Of a stretch of 64,000 nt of DNA, positions 1-12,520 are shown one piece after another. A program made the position numbers and the translations under genes. The notes beneath the pieces are model-generated. The model was given only the letters and a program-made list of their open reading frames with translations. It was not told the origin of the DNA and made no database searches. Source of the DNA: Raillietiella orientalis (Eukaryota). Numbering within the stretch: the first letter of the stretch is position 1; each line of letters begins with the position of its first letter. The stretch spans positions 1 through 64,000 of the forward strand of contig JAYWIR010000011.1 of NCBI GenBank assembly GCA_036172245.1. Direction: 5' to 3'.

Positions 1-689
1 CATTTTGATGTCTCAGGATTGCGACCGAATTCATCGGGAAGCGGCCATGGTCGTTTAGGAGCAAGTGCGGAGATTTGGACGGAAAACACCACATTGGAAA
101 TAGAAAAGATAGAGGAATTTCTTTGATGCATTTTGAAGATTCTATTTCTATGCTGGAAGAGGAAATAGATTGATTCCAACCATTTTGATGTCTCAGGATT
201 GCGACCGAGTTCATCCGGAACCGGCCATGGTCGTGTTGGTGCAAGTGCGAAGATTTGGAAGGAAAACACCACATTGGAAATAGAAAACATAGAGGAATTT
301 TTGTGATGCATTTTGAAGATTCTATTTCTATGCTGGAAGACGAAGTAGATTGCTTCCAACCATTTTGATGTCTCAGGATTGCTTCCGAATTCATCGGGAA
401 CCGGCCATGGTCGTTTTGGTGCAAGTGCGGAGATTTGGACGGAAAACACCACATTGGAAATAGAAAAGATAGAGGAATTTCTTTAATGCATTTTGAAGAT
501 TCTATTTCTATGCTGGAAGTGGAAGTAGACAGCTTCCAACCATTTTGAGGTCTCAGGATTTCGACCGAATTCTTCGGGAACCGGCCATGGTCGTTTTGGT
601 GCAAGTGCGGAGATTTGGACGGAAAATACCACATTGGAAATAGAAAAGATAGAGGAATTTCTTTGATGCATTTTGAAGATTCTATTTCT
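1..689. repeat. 180-bp tandem repeat, ~3.8 copies visible and running off the window start; lies in a PERK intron
   Basis: Positions 1, 181, 361 and 541 all begin cattttga..tctcaggatt. The period is exactly 180 with substitutions only. Confidence 0.97.
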
Positions 690-772
690 GGAACACTTTT
701 GCCGCACGTTTCTCTGTTGCGAAAAATGACGAATGAATGGACGGGGAGGGGGGGGGAAGAGAATCCACCTAC

Positions 773-990
773 TTGTTGGGGAGGCAGATGCGCTTGATCG
801 CGTAGTGGCAATCGTCTATCTTGTTGCGTGCCTCGAAGACGACGCCGAAGCCACCTCGTCCGAGGCAGTGCAGGGGTTCGAAATCAGACAGGTACCGTGA
901 CTTGAACTCCGTCCCGTTGTTCTGAGAGTGCGACAGCGATGCGCTGGAGGATTCGGATGGAAGCTTGCTCTTCTGCACGATGGCCAGGCC
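773..990 (-). CDS. EIF2AK3: Internal exon of eIF2-alpha kinase 3 (PERK): juxtamembrane linker plus kinase subdomains I-II
   Basis: Translates [72 protein letters not shown](K), matching the PERK signature SRYLxDFEP..[26 protein letters not shown].LPN. Acceptor gtgtag ends at 991 (phase 0); donor gtaggt starts at 772 (phase 2). Confidence 0.93.
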
Positions 991-1984
991 CTACACGGAC
1001 GACACACGCTGAAAACCATCTTCCCGGAAGAACCCTTTAAAAACAATCTGGTGCTATACCGAAAGTACTTTGCACACCCGAAACGACTAATTTCGGACGC
1101 ACGCAGTTGCAGAAGTCACATAGCGGGAACACTTCAAAAGTCGCGAGATGCTTTCGATTCAATCCATCTTCACCGGCCATCCCTGAGCTTCCAAAGGGCA
1201 CGAAAATGGAAATGCCAAGCCCAAAACCGCCGGATGCTTGATGCACTTCCCCGTAGGGGACGAAAGGGAGAAGGGGGTGGGAGACAACACACCGACAACA
1301 CGTGCAAAACAGATGAAATCCTCAACTGAGCAACACGAGCTCGGAACCTCTGAAGCGTTGCTCACTGATTCGTTCTTCCATGCGCGAAGGCACGTGCAGC
1401 ACCCGCCGACCCTGCTTAACCAAAGAGGGTATCTAGGATGCTGAGGACAGAAGACTCGGATGCCAACGTTCCACAAGACTGCACAAGGTTCGCGAGGGAG
1501 GTGCATTCGCGTTGCGATTATTCCTATCCAGAGGTGCACGGTGCCCCTTAATTCGGGCTCACGATAGACAACTTTCACGAATACATCCGAGGGTGGTCGC
1601 CAAAACAGTACACGTGCGAAAGGAAAACAAAACACACACACAAAAAGAACATTACAAGGTCCGAGGGCGGAGTTTCCGCAATCAGCAATTAAAGGACCAC
1701 AAGACACAGTCTGTTCACCTTCACTTTTTGCTTGGGGATCCCTTTTTTTCCAAAGTAAGCGGAGCCTTGCACTTCTGATTAACAAGTAACAGAACGCAGG
1801 TATTTTAATGGAATTTCGTTCCGACGGAAGGGAAAAACAGAAATGCTCAAACAGCACACACAACAGCTGCAGGAAAGCCGAACTGATAGTGGGGAAACGA
1901 ACCACGTGGTGGTTTGCGACTGATTTCTTTGTCCAATTCAGCGATCAGGAACGGCGAGCGAGCACACAAAACTCGAATACAAAC

Positions 1985-2116
1985 CTTATGCTTCAGCCTC
2001 AGGAGCAAGCACTGCAGTGTTTCCTCAGCAACCTGCTTACGCCACTTTGGAACTAAAGTTCCGGCCACAAATAAATTCACAACGCAGGTCAACACAACGC
2101 AGCCAAAGTGCCACGC
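1985..2116 (-). CDS. EIF2AK3: Probable PERK transmembrane exon; its 5' end overlaps the satellite edge
   Basis: Translates AWHFGCVVLTCVVNLFVAGTLVPKWRKQVAEETLQCLLLRLKHK: a ~20-aa hydrophobic stretch followed by basic residues. The phase-0 donor AAG|gtttgt at 1984 fits the phase-0 acceptor at 990. The only acceptor candidate (tttcattag, ending 2117) lies in the last satellite unit. Confidence 0.6.
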
Positions 2117-5100
2117 CTAATGAAATGTCGAACTCTTCTTAATGATCCTCTGAAACCAGGAAATTGGGAGGCTTTGTGGCTCTTTATGAAGGGACTATGC
2201 CACTCACTGCAAATGAAAGGTTCGTGAAGAAGCGCAAAAGTGCAATGGTGAAATCTTCTGATTTCGAGTTGATTACAAAACCTCAATAGTTGCAAATTTG
2301 GACCAAATAATGAATCAGAGCGAAGGAGAAGATTGCCATTCTCATTCCGACGCTGGTTACCATGAAAAGAACACAGAATGCAAAGTGCCACGCCCCCCTA
2401 ATGAAATGTCGAACTCTTCTTAATGATCATCTGAAACCAGGAAATTGGGAGGCTTTGTGGCTCTTTATGAAGGGAATATGCCACTCACTGCAAATGAAAG
2501 GTTCGTGAAGAAGCGCAAAAGTGCAATATGAAATCTTCTGATTTGGAGTTGATTACAAAACCTCAATAGTTGCAAATTCAGCCAAAATAATGCGTTAAAT
2601 TGAATGAGAAGATTGCTATTAATTCCGGCTTACTGGATTTTCGCGAAAGAACACGATGAAATTTTTACCCCATAATGAAATGTCGAACTCTTCTCAATGA
2701 TCATCTGAAACCAGGAAATTGGGAGGCTTTGTGGCTCTTTATGAAGGGAATATGCCACTCACTGCAAATGAAAGGTTCGTGAAGAAGCGCAAAAGTGCAA
2801 TGGTGAAATCTTCTGATTTCGAGTTGATTACAAAACCTAAATAGTTGCAAATTCTGACCAAATAATGAATCAGAGCGAATGAGAAGATTGCCTTTCTAAT
2901 TCCGACACTGGTTACCATGAAAACAACACAGAATGCAAAGTGCCACGCCCCCCTAATGAAATGTCGAACTCTTCTTAATGATCCTCTGAAACCAGGAAAT
3001 TGGGAGGCTTTGTGGCTCTTTATGAAGGGAATATGCCACTCACTGCAAATGAAAGGTTCGTGAAGAAGCGCAAAAGTGCAATGGTGAAATCTTCTGATTT
3101 CGAGTTGATTACAAAACCTAAATAGTTGCAAATTCTGACCAAATAATGAATCAGAGCGAATGAGAAGATTGCCTGTCTAATTCCGACACTGGTTACCATG
3201 AAAACAACACAGAATGCAAAGTGCCACGCCCCCCTAATGAAATGTCGAACTCTTCTTAATGATCCTCTGAAACCAGGAAATTGGGAGGCTTTGTGGCTCT
3301 TTATGAAGGGAATATGCCACTCACTGCAAATGAAAGGTTCGTGAAGAAGCGCAAAAGTGCAATGGTGAAATCTTCTGATTTCGAGTTGATTACAAAACCT
3401 CAATAGTTGCAAATTTGGACCAAATAATGAATCAGAGCGAAGGAGAAGATTGCCATTCTCATTCCGACGCTGGTTACCATGAAAAGAACACAGAATGCAA
3501 AGTGCCACGCCCCCCTAATGAAATGTCGAACTCTTCTTAATGATCATCTGAAACCAGGAAATTGGGAGGCTTTGTGGCTCTTTATGAAGGGAATATGCCA
3601 CTCACTGCAAATGAAAGGTTCGTGAAGAAGCGCAAAAGTGCAATGGTGAAATCTTCTGATTTCGAGTTGATTACAAAACCTAAATAGTTGCAAATTCTGA
3701 CCAAATAATGAATCAGAGCGAATGAGAAGATTGCCTTTCTAATTCCGACACTGGTTACCATGAAAACAACACAGAATGCAAAGTGCCACGCCCCCCTAAT
3801 GAAATGTCGAACTCTTCTTAATGATCCTCTGAAACCAGGAAATTGGGAGGCTTTGTGGCTCTTTATGAAGGGAATATGCCACTCACTGCAAATGAAAGGT
3901 TCGTGAAGAAGCGCAAAAGTGCAATGGTGAAATCTTCTGATTTCGAGTTGATTACAAAACCTAAATAGTTGCAAATTCTGACCAAATAATGAATCAGAGC
4001 GAATGAGAAGATTGCCTTTCTAATTCCGACACTGGTTACCATGAAAACAACACAGAATGCAAAGTGCCACGCCCCCCTAATGAAATGTCGAACTCTTCTT
4101 AATGATCATCTGAAACCAGGAAATTGGGAGGCTTTGTGGCTCTTTATGAAGGGAATATGCCACTCACTGCAAATGAAAGGTTCGTGAAGAAGCGCAAAAG
4201 TGCAATGGTGAAATCTTCTGATTTCGAGTTGATTACAAAACCTAAATAAGTTGCAAATTTAGACCAAATAATGAATCAGAAGAAATGGAGAAGATTGCCT
4301 GTCATTCCGACACTGGTTACCATGAAAAAACACAGAATGCAAAGTGCCACCCCCCATGAAATGTCGAACTCTTCTAAATGATCTCTGAAACCAGGAAATT
4401 GGGAGGCTTTGTGGCTCTTATGGGGAATATGCCACTCACTGCAAATGAAAGGTTCGTGAAGAAGCGCAAAAGTGCAATGGTGAAATCTTCTGATTTCGAG
4501 TTGATTACAAAACCTAAATAGTTGCAAATTCTGACCAAATAATGAATCAGAGCGAATGAGAAGATTGCCTTTCTAATTCCGACACTGGTTACCATGAAAA
4601 CAACACAGAATGCAAAGTGCCACGCCCCCCTAATGAAATGTCGAACTCTTCTTAATGATCCTCTGAAACCAGGAAATTGGGAGGCTTTGTGGCTCTTTAT
4701 GAAGGGAATATGCCACTCACTGCAAATGAAAGGTTCGTGAAGAAGCGCAAAAGTGCAATGGTGAAATCTTCTGATTTCGAGTTGATTACAAAACCTCAAT
4801 AGTTGCAAATTTGGACCAAATAATGAATCAGAGCGAAGGAGAAGATTGCCATTCTCATTCCGACACTGGTTACCATGAAAAGAACACAGAATGCAAAGTG
4901 CCACGCCCTAATGAAATGTCGAACTCTTCTCAATGATCATCTGAAACCAGGAAATTGGGAGGCTTTGTGGCTCTTTATGAAGGGAATATGCCACTCACTG
5001 CAAATGAAAGGTTCGTGAAGAAGCGCAAAAGTGCAATGGTGAAATCTTCTGATTTCGAGTTGATTACAAAACCTAAATAGTTGCAAATTCTAATAATGAA

Positions 5101-5496
5101 TCAGAGCGAATGAGAAGATTGCCTTTCTAATTCCGACACTGGTTACCATGAAAACAACACAGAATGCAAAGTGCCACGCCCCCCTAATGAAATGTCGAAC
5201 TCTTCTTAATGATCCTCTGAAACCAGGAAATTGGGAGGCTTTGTGGCTCTTTATGAAGGGAATATGCCACTCACTGCAAATGAAAGGTTCGTGAAGAAGC
5301 GCAAAAGTGCAATGGTGAAATCTTCTGATTTCGAGTTGATTACAAAACCTCAATAGTTGCAAATTTGGACCAAATAATGAATCAGAGCGAAGGAGAAGAT
5401 TGCCATTCTCATTCCGACGCTGGTTACCATGAAAACAACACAGAATGCAAAGTGCCACGCCCCCCTAATGAAATGTCGAACTCTTCTTAATGATCC
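2105..5496. repeat. ~281-bp tandem satellite, about 12 copies
   Basis: atgaaatgtcgaactcttct recurs at ~2119, 2400, 2674, 2955, 3236, 3517, 3798, 4079, 4355, 4632, 4909, 5185 and 5466, and the units are highly similar. Confidence 0.98.
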
Positions 5497-6699
5497 GCTG
5501 ATTGGACCTCGGGAGCAATCCAATTGGACGAGCGCCGTCGTAACGAGGATTTAATATCGAAATTGATTTCTTCCCGGATGTGCCTTTCAAAGTTCCCGTT
5601 CTTTACGAGACCGCCACGTATCAAGAGCGCCACGGAATTGTTGTTCCTTCGACATCCGTTGTCTCGTGCTTTTTTCTTCTTTTTCCACGCACCTCACCCC
5701 ACCCCTCCCAGCTTTTTCATTTCAGCGGAGAGCATCTCCGTCCCGACATCCGAGAAGGGCCGACTTCATTCGCTGTCGCTCCCTTCCTCTGGGCTCGGAG
5801 GAAAGTCGCAGAGTGCTCCACGTAAAGGAATGTTCCTCCGTAACCCGACCCTCAAGCTAGCAACAACATCCTGCCGGCCGCGGGGACCGCTCTCAGCCGC
5901 CAGAGAGCAGGGACGACCACGACAAGAACGCCCGGTCACAGGCGGCGCGATGCAAGAGCGATGGGCGGACCGCGTGCGCCTCGGGCGCGGCTCGTGCACG
6001 ACCGGGTCCGGGATGTCCCCCCCTTCACGGACACCGAACCCCTTCGGTCTCAGCCGCGCGTTCCGCGAGAAGGGACGAACGCCAACCGTTTCCCCTTTCC
6101 CTTCCGACGGGAGGTCACGGGGAGAACCCGGAGAAGCATGCTGCGCGGGGGAGGAGGCAGGGAGGGGGGGGCTGGAAGAACCACCGCATAATGACTTTTC
6201 CCCCACACACACTCCCCTCCTTCAGGCAGAGTCCGTCCGTCCTCCGGAGATTCGGGTACCGAACGCTGCCGGTGGAAAGAAACGTCGCGCGGGATCTGGG
6301 AGCGCGCGCGAACAAGCAGCCCTCGCTGGAAGCAGGAGCGGCAAGAGGTCTTCCCGAGACGGCAAGCCCGTGACCTCAGCTCTCGGAAGGAGAGCGCCGG
6401 AAAGGAAAACGAAGCAATCCTGGCAGCCCAAAGGCGAGAGGCCAATCCGGCTGCGCCGCTCGGCATTGCCTGCCGGCAGGCGGCCGCCAGAGCTTTCCCG
6501 GCGGCTCCTGCGGGCGTAGGACCGGGGAAGGTTCAAGTCCAAAAGCGGGGACCTCCCCGGCGAGGATGCGAAACCGCTCCTCCACCGAACTCCCTCGGAG
6601 AGGGGGGAGCTCGGGGGGGTTGCAGGCGCGTGCCGGTGGCACGACCACGTATGGGATACGGGGGGGGGGGCGAATCCCCTGGTTCCGTCGGAGTTGACC

Positions 6700-7450
6700 A
6701 GCATACCTCACGTGCCGTCGACGTGCGAATCTGCGCGTTCCCCACGCCCTGCGGGTATCTTCCCGCGTGAATCCTCGGCCCACGAACGGTAGCGCCTGGT
6801 TGCAGGAAACCGTTCGCACATGGGCCAAGGACAGCGAAGCGAGCACGGAGATACCGTAGCGACTGCTGCACTCTTTCTACAACAACCGCTCGCTGCAGCA
6901 CGTCATCGTGCGGTCCATCACGTGTGCGTGGGCGCAAACAACCCCCCGAGCCCAGGCAGTGCCTTCCCTCTGGGAGCACCTGCGCAGTAAACGGCCGGTC
7001 AAATGGGAGGTCAGTGGTCGAAATCGGTCAGAAGACGAGGGAACTGGGTGCTTAAAACACGGCGCAGCTCGACGGACGCTGCGACCCCAACGGCCCCACC
7101 GAAGGGACTATTGCGCTGGGGCGAGCTGCTGGAATCCTACAAGAAGACTTCGAGTGGCCCCCAGCGCTGAAGGGTCCTCCCTCTGAACTGGCGCGAGTCG
7201 GCACTTCTCCTGTTGCACTGCGGTATCCCGTACAACGCCCGCCGCTATCACTGGGTCCAGGACGCTGTGGACCCCAACTATTCCAGGTGCGGGGAACGGG
7301 AATCCCTCCCGCGCCTGCTCGCTGACCGTGTTGCCCTCCGGTCCCTGTGTGGCTGCTCTACGCGACGGCCCTAGCTGCACAAACGAACAACCCCACGCAC
7401 GCGACGAAGAAGCGCCTCTTCGTGCGCGATGCCCTTTCGCCTGCTGCGTC
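6700..7450 (-). mobile_element. Highly degraded 3' part of an R2/RLE-type non-LTR retrotransposon
   Basis: Minus-strand RCSQRE..LRPRTRDGPHDDV resembles the R2 CCHC/RHD region (CPRTHxxRxxRHDxV). FPAPGIVGV..LDPVIAA resembles the thumb region. The sequence is frameshifted and the match is by eye. Confidence 0.35.
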
Positions 7451-9649
7451 CCTAGCAGCTCTCATGGCTGCCTACGTGAAATTGTGGCGGCCTGGTGCTT
7501 AGGGGGAGGAGGACGGCACGACAGGGACCACGCGCCATCTGCTTCGCCCTGTGCTTCCTGGGGACGGCAGCAAGATGGTCCCATCTGGGACACAAACAGA
7601 AGGCACTTGCCGGCATTCTGGAGAGGACGCAAAGAACGCCCTCCAGCGGACCGTGATCCCTTCCCCAACCCTCCCATCTTTTGTATACAGTGATTTGGTT
7701 TCTGTTTTTCCTTTTGTTTGCCCCCTACCCCTCCACTGTCGAGGCGAACCTCTCCGGCCTGCGTGCCGGTTGCTAGGCAGGCTCTGAGCAGCCTTCGACA
7801 TTGTAGGGATGATGACAAGATTGTTTATTATTTTTACAATAAATGCCCCGGAGCACCCGGGTGCGAAACCAAGACAGTCCTCGCACCGGGACGGAATGTC
7901 GCCAGGACGGGAGACCGAGAAGAGGAGCTCGCAGCGCGCGCACGAGCTGCTGCGCCCGGGGGGGGGGGGGGGGCATTCACATGCACGGGCGGCGGACAGA
8001 GCGGCTCGTGCGAGGGTGGGGTTGGAGGGGGGAAAGCACGCACTCCGAAAAGCCCTCCCGGCCGGATACGGACAGGAATTAGGTGGAGCTGCCCGGTGCC
8101 GCTCTCCCTCTTCCCTCGCCGCCGCCTCCCCCGGGGGGAGGGCCAAAGCAGCACGGCGGCCGCCACGGGAGCCCCTCGCGACGGAACAGATGACAGCGGA
8201 GCAGAGGATCATAAATAACGGGATGCAGATAACTCTTCTTAATTAAGCTGTGACTTGATTTGGACCAACGATGCAGGAGCCGAGCGCGCGGGGGACTCCG
8301 GAAAGCCTCCTCTCGAAACCTACGGGGCAGGGAAGGAGGAGGGGAACAAAACAAAACATATACACACACAAAAAAGAAAGCCTGAAGAATGGGGAGGAGA
8401 CGACACGAAACCCAGCCGATCTCCTGGAGGAGCAATGCATCATGAGAAGATGCAACCCACTCACTAACGCGGCTTGATAGATGGGGTAGCTGCGTGCACG
8501 GTACTCCGCAACATGAATAATGCACCGCTCCCGCGAACCGACTCCGCGCGGCCGCCGAGGTTGGCTGACGTCATCCTCCTCCGGCGGGCAGTGCCGAGCT
8601 GGCAGCCGGATTGACCCCTCGCTTTCGGGACTCCAATGCTGCTCCCCCTTTCCGCACTGCTCCGTCGTTCGTCCGCAAGGTGGTGCGGCAGGCGGAGATT
8701 CGGAGCGACACTCGCGCCGCGGAGGATGACCCCCCCACCTTCCACGGCTGCCCCGGGTCCTCGGCATGACGAGGAAAGCGGCGCGCCACGAGCCCTCTAA
8801 GGCGGCGGCGGCGGCGGCGAAATTTCCCATCCAGAGGAACCCGAGACGCGCGGCAGCCCGAGCGCGCGCGCTCGGCATGCAGCACGTGACGCACGCCATG
8901 AAGCTGTCGCGCGGGGAACGCAATGTGATGATGATTGATGGTACCTAATGATAAGCTAGTTCCAGATTTTGGAATCCCATTACGCAACCCGGGATGCGAT
9001 CCGCGTAATCACCGGTTGCTCGGTACACAGAACGCAAGGCGGGGCAACCAGTGCCAGGCGATGGATGAGGAAGACCCTGCGGACGGAGGAGGAGGTCGCC
9101 ACCGTCTCGTCCATACTGCCACCAGCGGCAGCGCGATCCGGCCTCCGCTCTTCGCCCCTCGGTCGCACCACCGAGCGTCTGCGCAAGACCCGTCCGGGAA
9201 GTCAGCAGAGATCGAAAAGCAACGACAACCCGGAGGCGCGAAAGCCGGGAACGGACCCCTCCCCCACCGATCGGTGTGGTGGTCATTCAGAGCGGTCGCT
9301 GCCCGTCAAGGGCAACCATTCCAACCACAGCTTCCTCTCTCTCTCGCGCGCGCGCGCACGGAAGCCCCCGAGCGGTTCCTTGGGGTGAAACGGACGCGGG
9401 GAAGGGGAGGAAGATGCACCTGGACATCCGAAGGAGAGGAACGGAGCTGGCTCCAAGGATGACGAGGAGCACTCGACGTCTCTGGAGATCAATGCCAGTA
9501 CGGCAAAGTACCTGTTCCCGCTTTCGGCTCTTTTATTTTCCGCTCTGTCGAACGCCCACACTCCCTGAAGCACGATGACTGCTCCGGCAATCGGACGCTG
9601 ACGGTTCAATGCGCTCCCCTCCCCCTCCTCCAGTCGACCCCCCCATCGG

Positions 9650-10150
9650 AAGACGAGCGCGCACGTCGCGTGCGACAAACGGATGCCACCCTCGGCCTAT
9701 CCTTCAGGTTCGGAAGGGGCAGTCGGCCCTTCCCGCGGGACGGCAGGAAGGCGACCGGCGGGCGAACATGGAAGGCGCGGCGCACGGTAGTTGGGATCGC
9801 TCGCGAAGAAAACTCGCATGAACGGGACGGAGCGCTGCTGCCCTTCGAGCGCATCCGAACGTGCGCCCGAACCCGGGAGCTGCGGGCGGCCCGCGCCATC
9901 TCCGTAGGTCCGCGGCGGCCGCCGAAACGCGCAGGGGCCCAGCGAGCGAGCGCTTCCTGCAGGTTTCCGGCGACCTGCAGGAACGCATCTCGCGGGCATG
10001 GACTTTGTCCCGCACTCCGTGTAGCTGGAGACTTTCGGTGAATCGGAAGCCGGAGAAAACTCATCAGCCGCCGTGGAGGGGGAAGGGGGGGGATCTGAGA
10101 AGAGTCCTGAAGAGAACTTCGAGAGAAGTTAACGAATGGTCTTCTCTCTG
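9650..10150 (-). mobile_element. Degraded non-LTR reverse transcriptase fragment, paralogous to 11850-12520
   Basis: 10025-10140 (ctggagactttcggtgaatcggaagccggagaaaactcatcagccgccgtggagggg...agaagagtcctgaag) aligns visibly with 12260-12370. SDALEGQQRSVPF resembles DxxKAFDSVPH. Confidence 0.5.
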
Positions 10151-11849
10151 CACACGCGCGCGCGGAAAAGGCGCACGGACTGGGTCGGGGGCGCTGGCGG
10201 AGCCTCCTAACACCGGCGTGCTCGCATCCGCGCGCGCAGTCTCCGCAGCCGAAGAAGGAGCGCTCGCAACGTAAACAAACAGCTTGATCCGTTCGCTACA
10301 ACCTGCGTGCACAAACACTACCGGGAAGGTTACGAGGTGATGGAAGGAACGGCGACGCCTGGCGATGTTTGGACTGCAGCGGGCAGCCACCCACATCCGG
10401 GCGGCCGTCAGGTGGCCTCATATGACAGAAGACAAAGAAGAGACCACCGACATCCACCGCCGGTTTACAGATGGTTCGCGAACACGGTCATCCTTGCCTC
10501 CTCCCTCCTTATATCTATTTATTATTCTGAGGACCGGCGCCGAAATGTACAAGACCCGCGGGGCACATGGTAGGGGAAGACGGCAAACACCGGGCAGGGA
10601 AACGCACACGGCCGCCATTTGCTTGAGTAATCCAATAAGCGGGAGAAGATTCGTTACAAATCTTTTGATGCTCAGATTAGCAAAAATGATGATGATGATG
10701 ACGATAAGCAAACAAAATGGCGGACGGCACCGCGAGAGTTCTCGGCACGCGAGTACACACACACTGAGGTATCCTCACTCCACAGTCAGCCCCTCGTCCA
10801 CTTTCGCGTCTCTCTCCCAACCCCCAGCCTCACAGACACGAACAGGAAGCGAGGCGAAACCCGGAATGCGCCCCAAAGAGAGGGGGGAGAGAGGGGACAG
10901 CCTGAATCGCCCTACAGAGGCGACGAAAGCGGAGCGCTGAAAAGACCGCGTTGGCGCGGCCGGCCAGCGAACGGAGGGCAGCGGAGGTGTCGGGGGAGGG
11001 GGAGGGGGGTACCCATTGACTCCGCACAGGAGACGAACATAAGGAGGTTCCGGCAGCTCGGGGATGAAGGACTCTGATCCCCCCTCCTACCGCTCCCCTC
11101 CCCGCCGCCGGTGATGAATGGACACCTTAAACAAGAGCCCACGCTGACGAACGGATGCAGCTTCCGACATCAATCATCCAATCGTTACCACGGCAACGAG
11201 GCAGCGTGGGACTCCTCCGACCCCCGTGCGCTGCCGCCGCCCGCCATGTGTGTGCCGTGCAAAGGGGAAACACCCAAATCCCGTGAGCCGTAATCTCTTC
11301 CAGGACGAAAGCCCTGGAAGCTCGATGGGGAAACGGAGACGGGATGAAGAGGGAGGAGGAGGAATCCGGCAGGGTTCGTTCGTCATGACGATGTGCGGGC
11401 GTCGTGGCAGCGGGAGCAGTTCGCTCCTCAGTCGAGAGCGGGAGCGATGGCGGTGGGCGCTGCGGTGACATCCACGGAGCCACAAGCGGGTGACACGCGA
11501 CGGAGGCAGCGCGCCACGAGAACGCGCCACGGGGTGGTGGTGGTGGTGGTGGTGTTCGGCTTCTGATGGGGACGCGGCAGTGACACTCTCCCCGCAACCC
11601 TTTTCTGCGCACGTGGTTGCTGCTACGAGGCAGCAGAGGCCCATCAGACGGGGGAAGCGCCGCCGGCGCCGCGAGAAGCAGGGCCGAGGAGACCAAGAGG
11701 TGGTGGTTCGACCTGGGAAGGAAAGTGGGGGCGAGGGAAGGGTGCTTGACAGGCATTTCTCGAAGTTCTGGGGTTGTATGAGAGCCGGGGGACGGATCAA
11801 AGACCAAAAATTGCCCTCCCCCTCCCGCCAGCGCGCAAAAGGGTCCCTG

Positions 11850-12520
11850 GATTCGTGTCCACCCGTCTGGTTTCTCGCGAAGCTTCGTCGCCGCGCGGTC
11901 ACGGCGGGCGGACAGCTGACCCGCGTTTTCCGGACACGAGAGCGAACGCGCAAGATGAAGCGTCACCAGTGGCGCTTCGATGCACGCCTCAGAGCCGAAG
12001 AACGCCTCCAGCCACGAGGATCACCAGGCCTGCCAGACTAGTGCTGCTCTTGACCAGGGGTGACCGCGCACCACCGCTGCCCCCATGCCCGAGGGGGCTG
12101 CCTGCAACCCGCTGGGCCCGGAGTGTCGTCGCCAAGGAGAGTCCGTCTGCAGGCCGGTTCGACGAAATGACCGGGCTCTGGACTGCCATCCGCGCAAGCA
12201 AGCTGCGCTCGACCGCAGACCGGTTGCGTGCGCGAATCGCCCGCTTCATCCCCGCGTCGCTGGCGACTTCCAGTGAATCGAAAGCCAGGAAATTCATCAA
12301 CCGCCGTGGAGGGGGGAGGGGAATCAGGGAAGAGTCCTGAAGGGACCTTCGTGATAAGTGAGCGCGAATGGTAGCGCAGGCAACTGGAAGGGGATAGCAA
12401 CAGACCACCCACGAGGCGGCGGCACTCCAACACAGCGTTCGCTACACCGTGCGCGTGCAAGCGTGAGGCCAGGCCTTCATGAGCTGCAACAGCTGACCCC
12501 ACCGCCGGGAAAAACGCCAA
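11850..12520 (-). mobile_element. Degraded non-LTR reverse transcriptase fragment (R2/RLE-like)
   Basis: Remnants occur in the expected order: SAVAAHEGL (~SAPGPDG), SLIP..DEF (~LIPK..FRPI), RPADGLS (~FRPxDG), CPP (~QGxPLSP). A second copy lies at ~9650-10150. Confidence 0.5.

Noticed and set aside
2089..5458. Repeated hydrophobic ORFs within the 281-bp array
   Set aside because: The unit length is not a multiple of 3, so the frame shifts between units and ends in stops.
1..5496. Tandem arrays as a possible CRISPR array
   Set aside because: There are no unique spacers, the units are far too long, and the context is a spliced eukaryotic gene.
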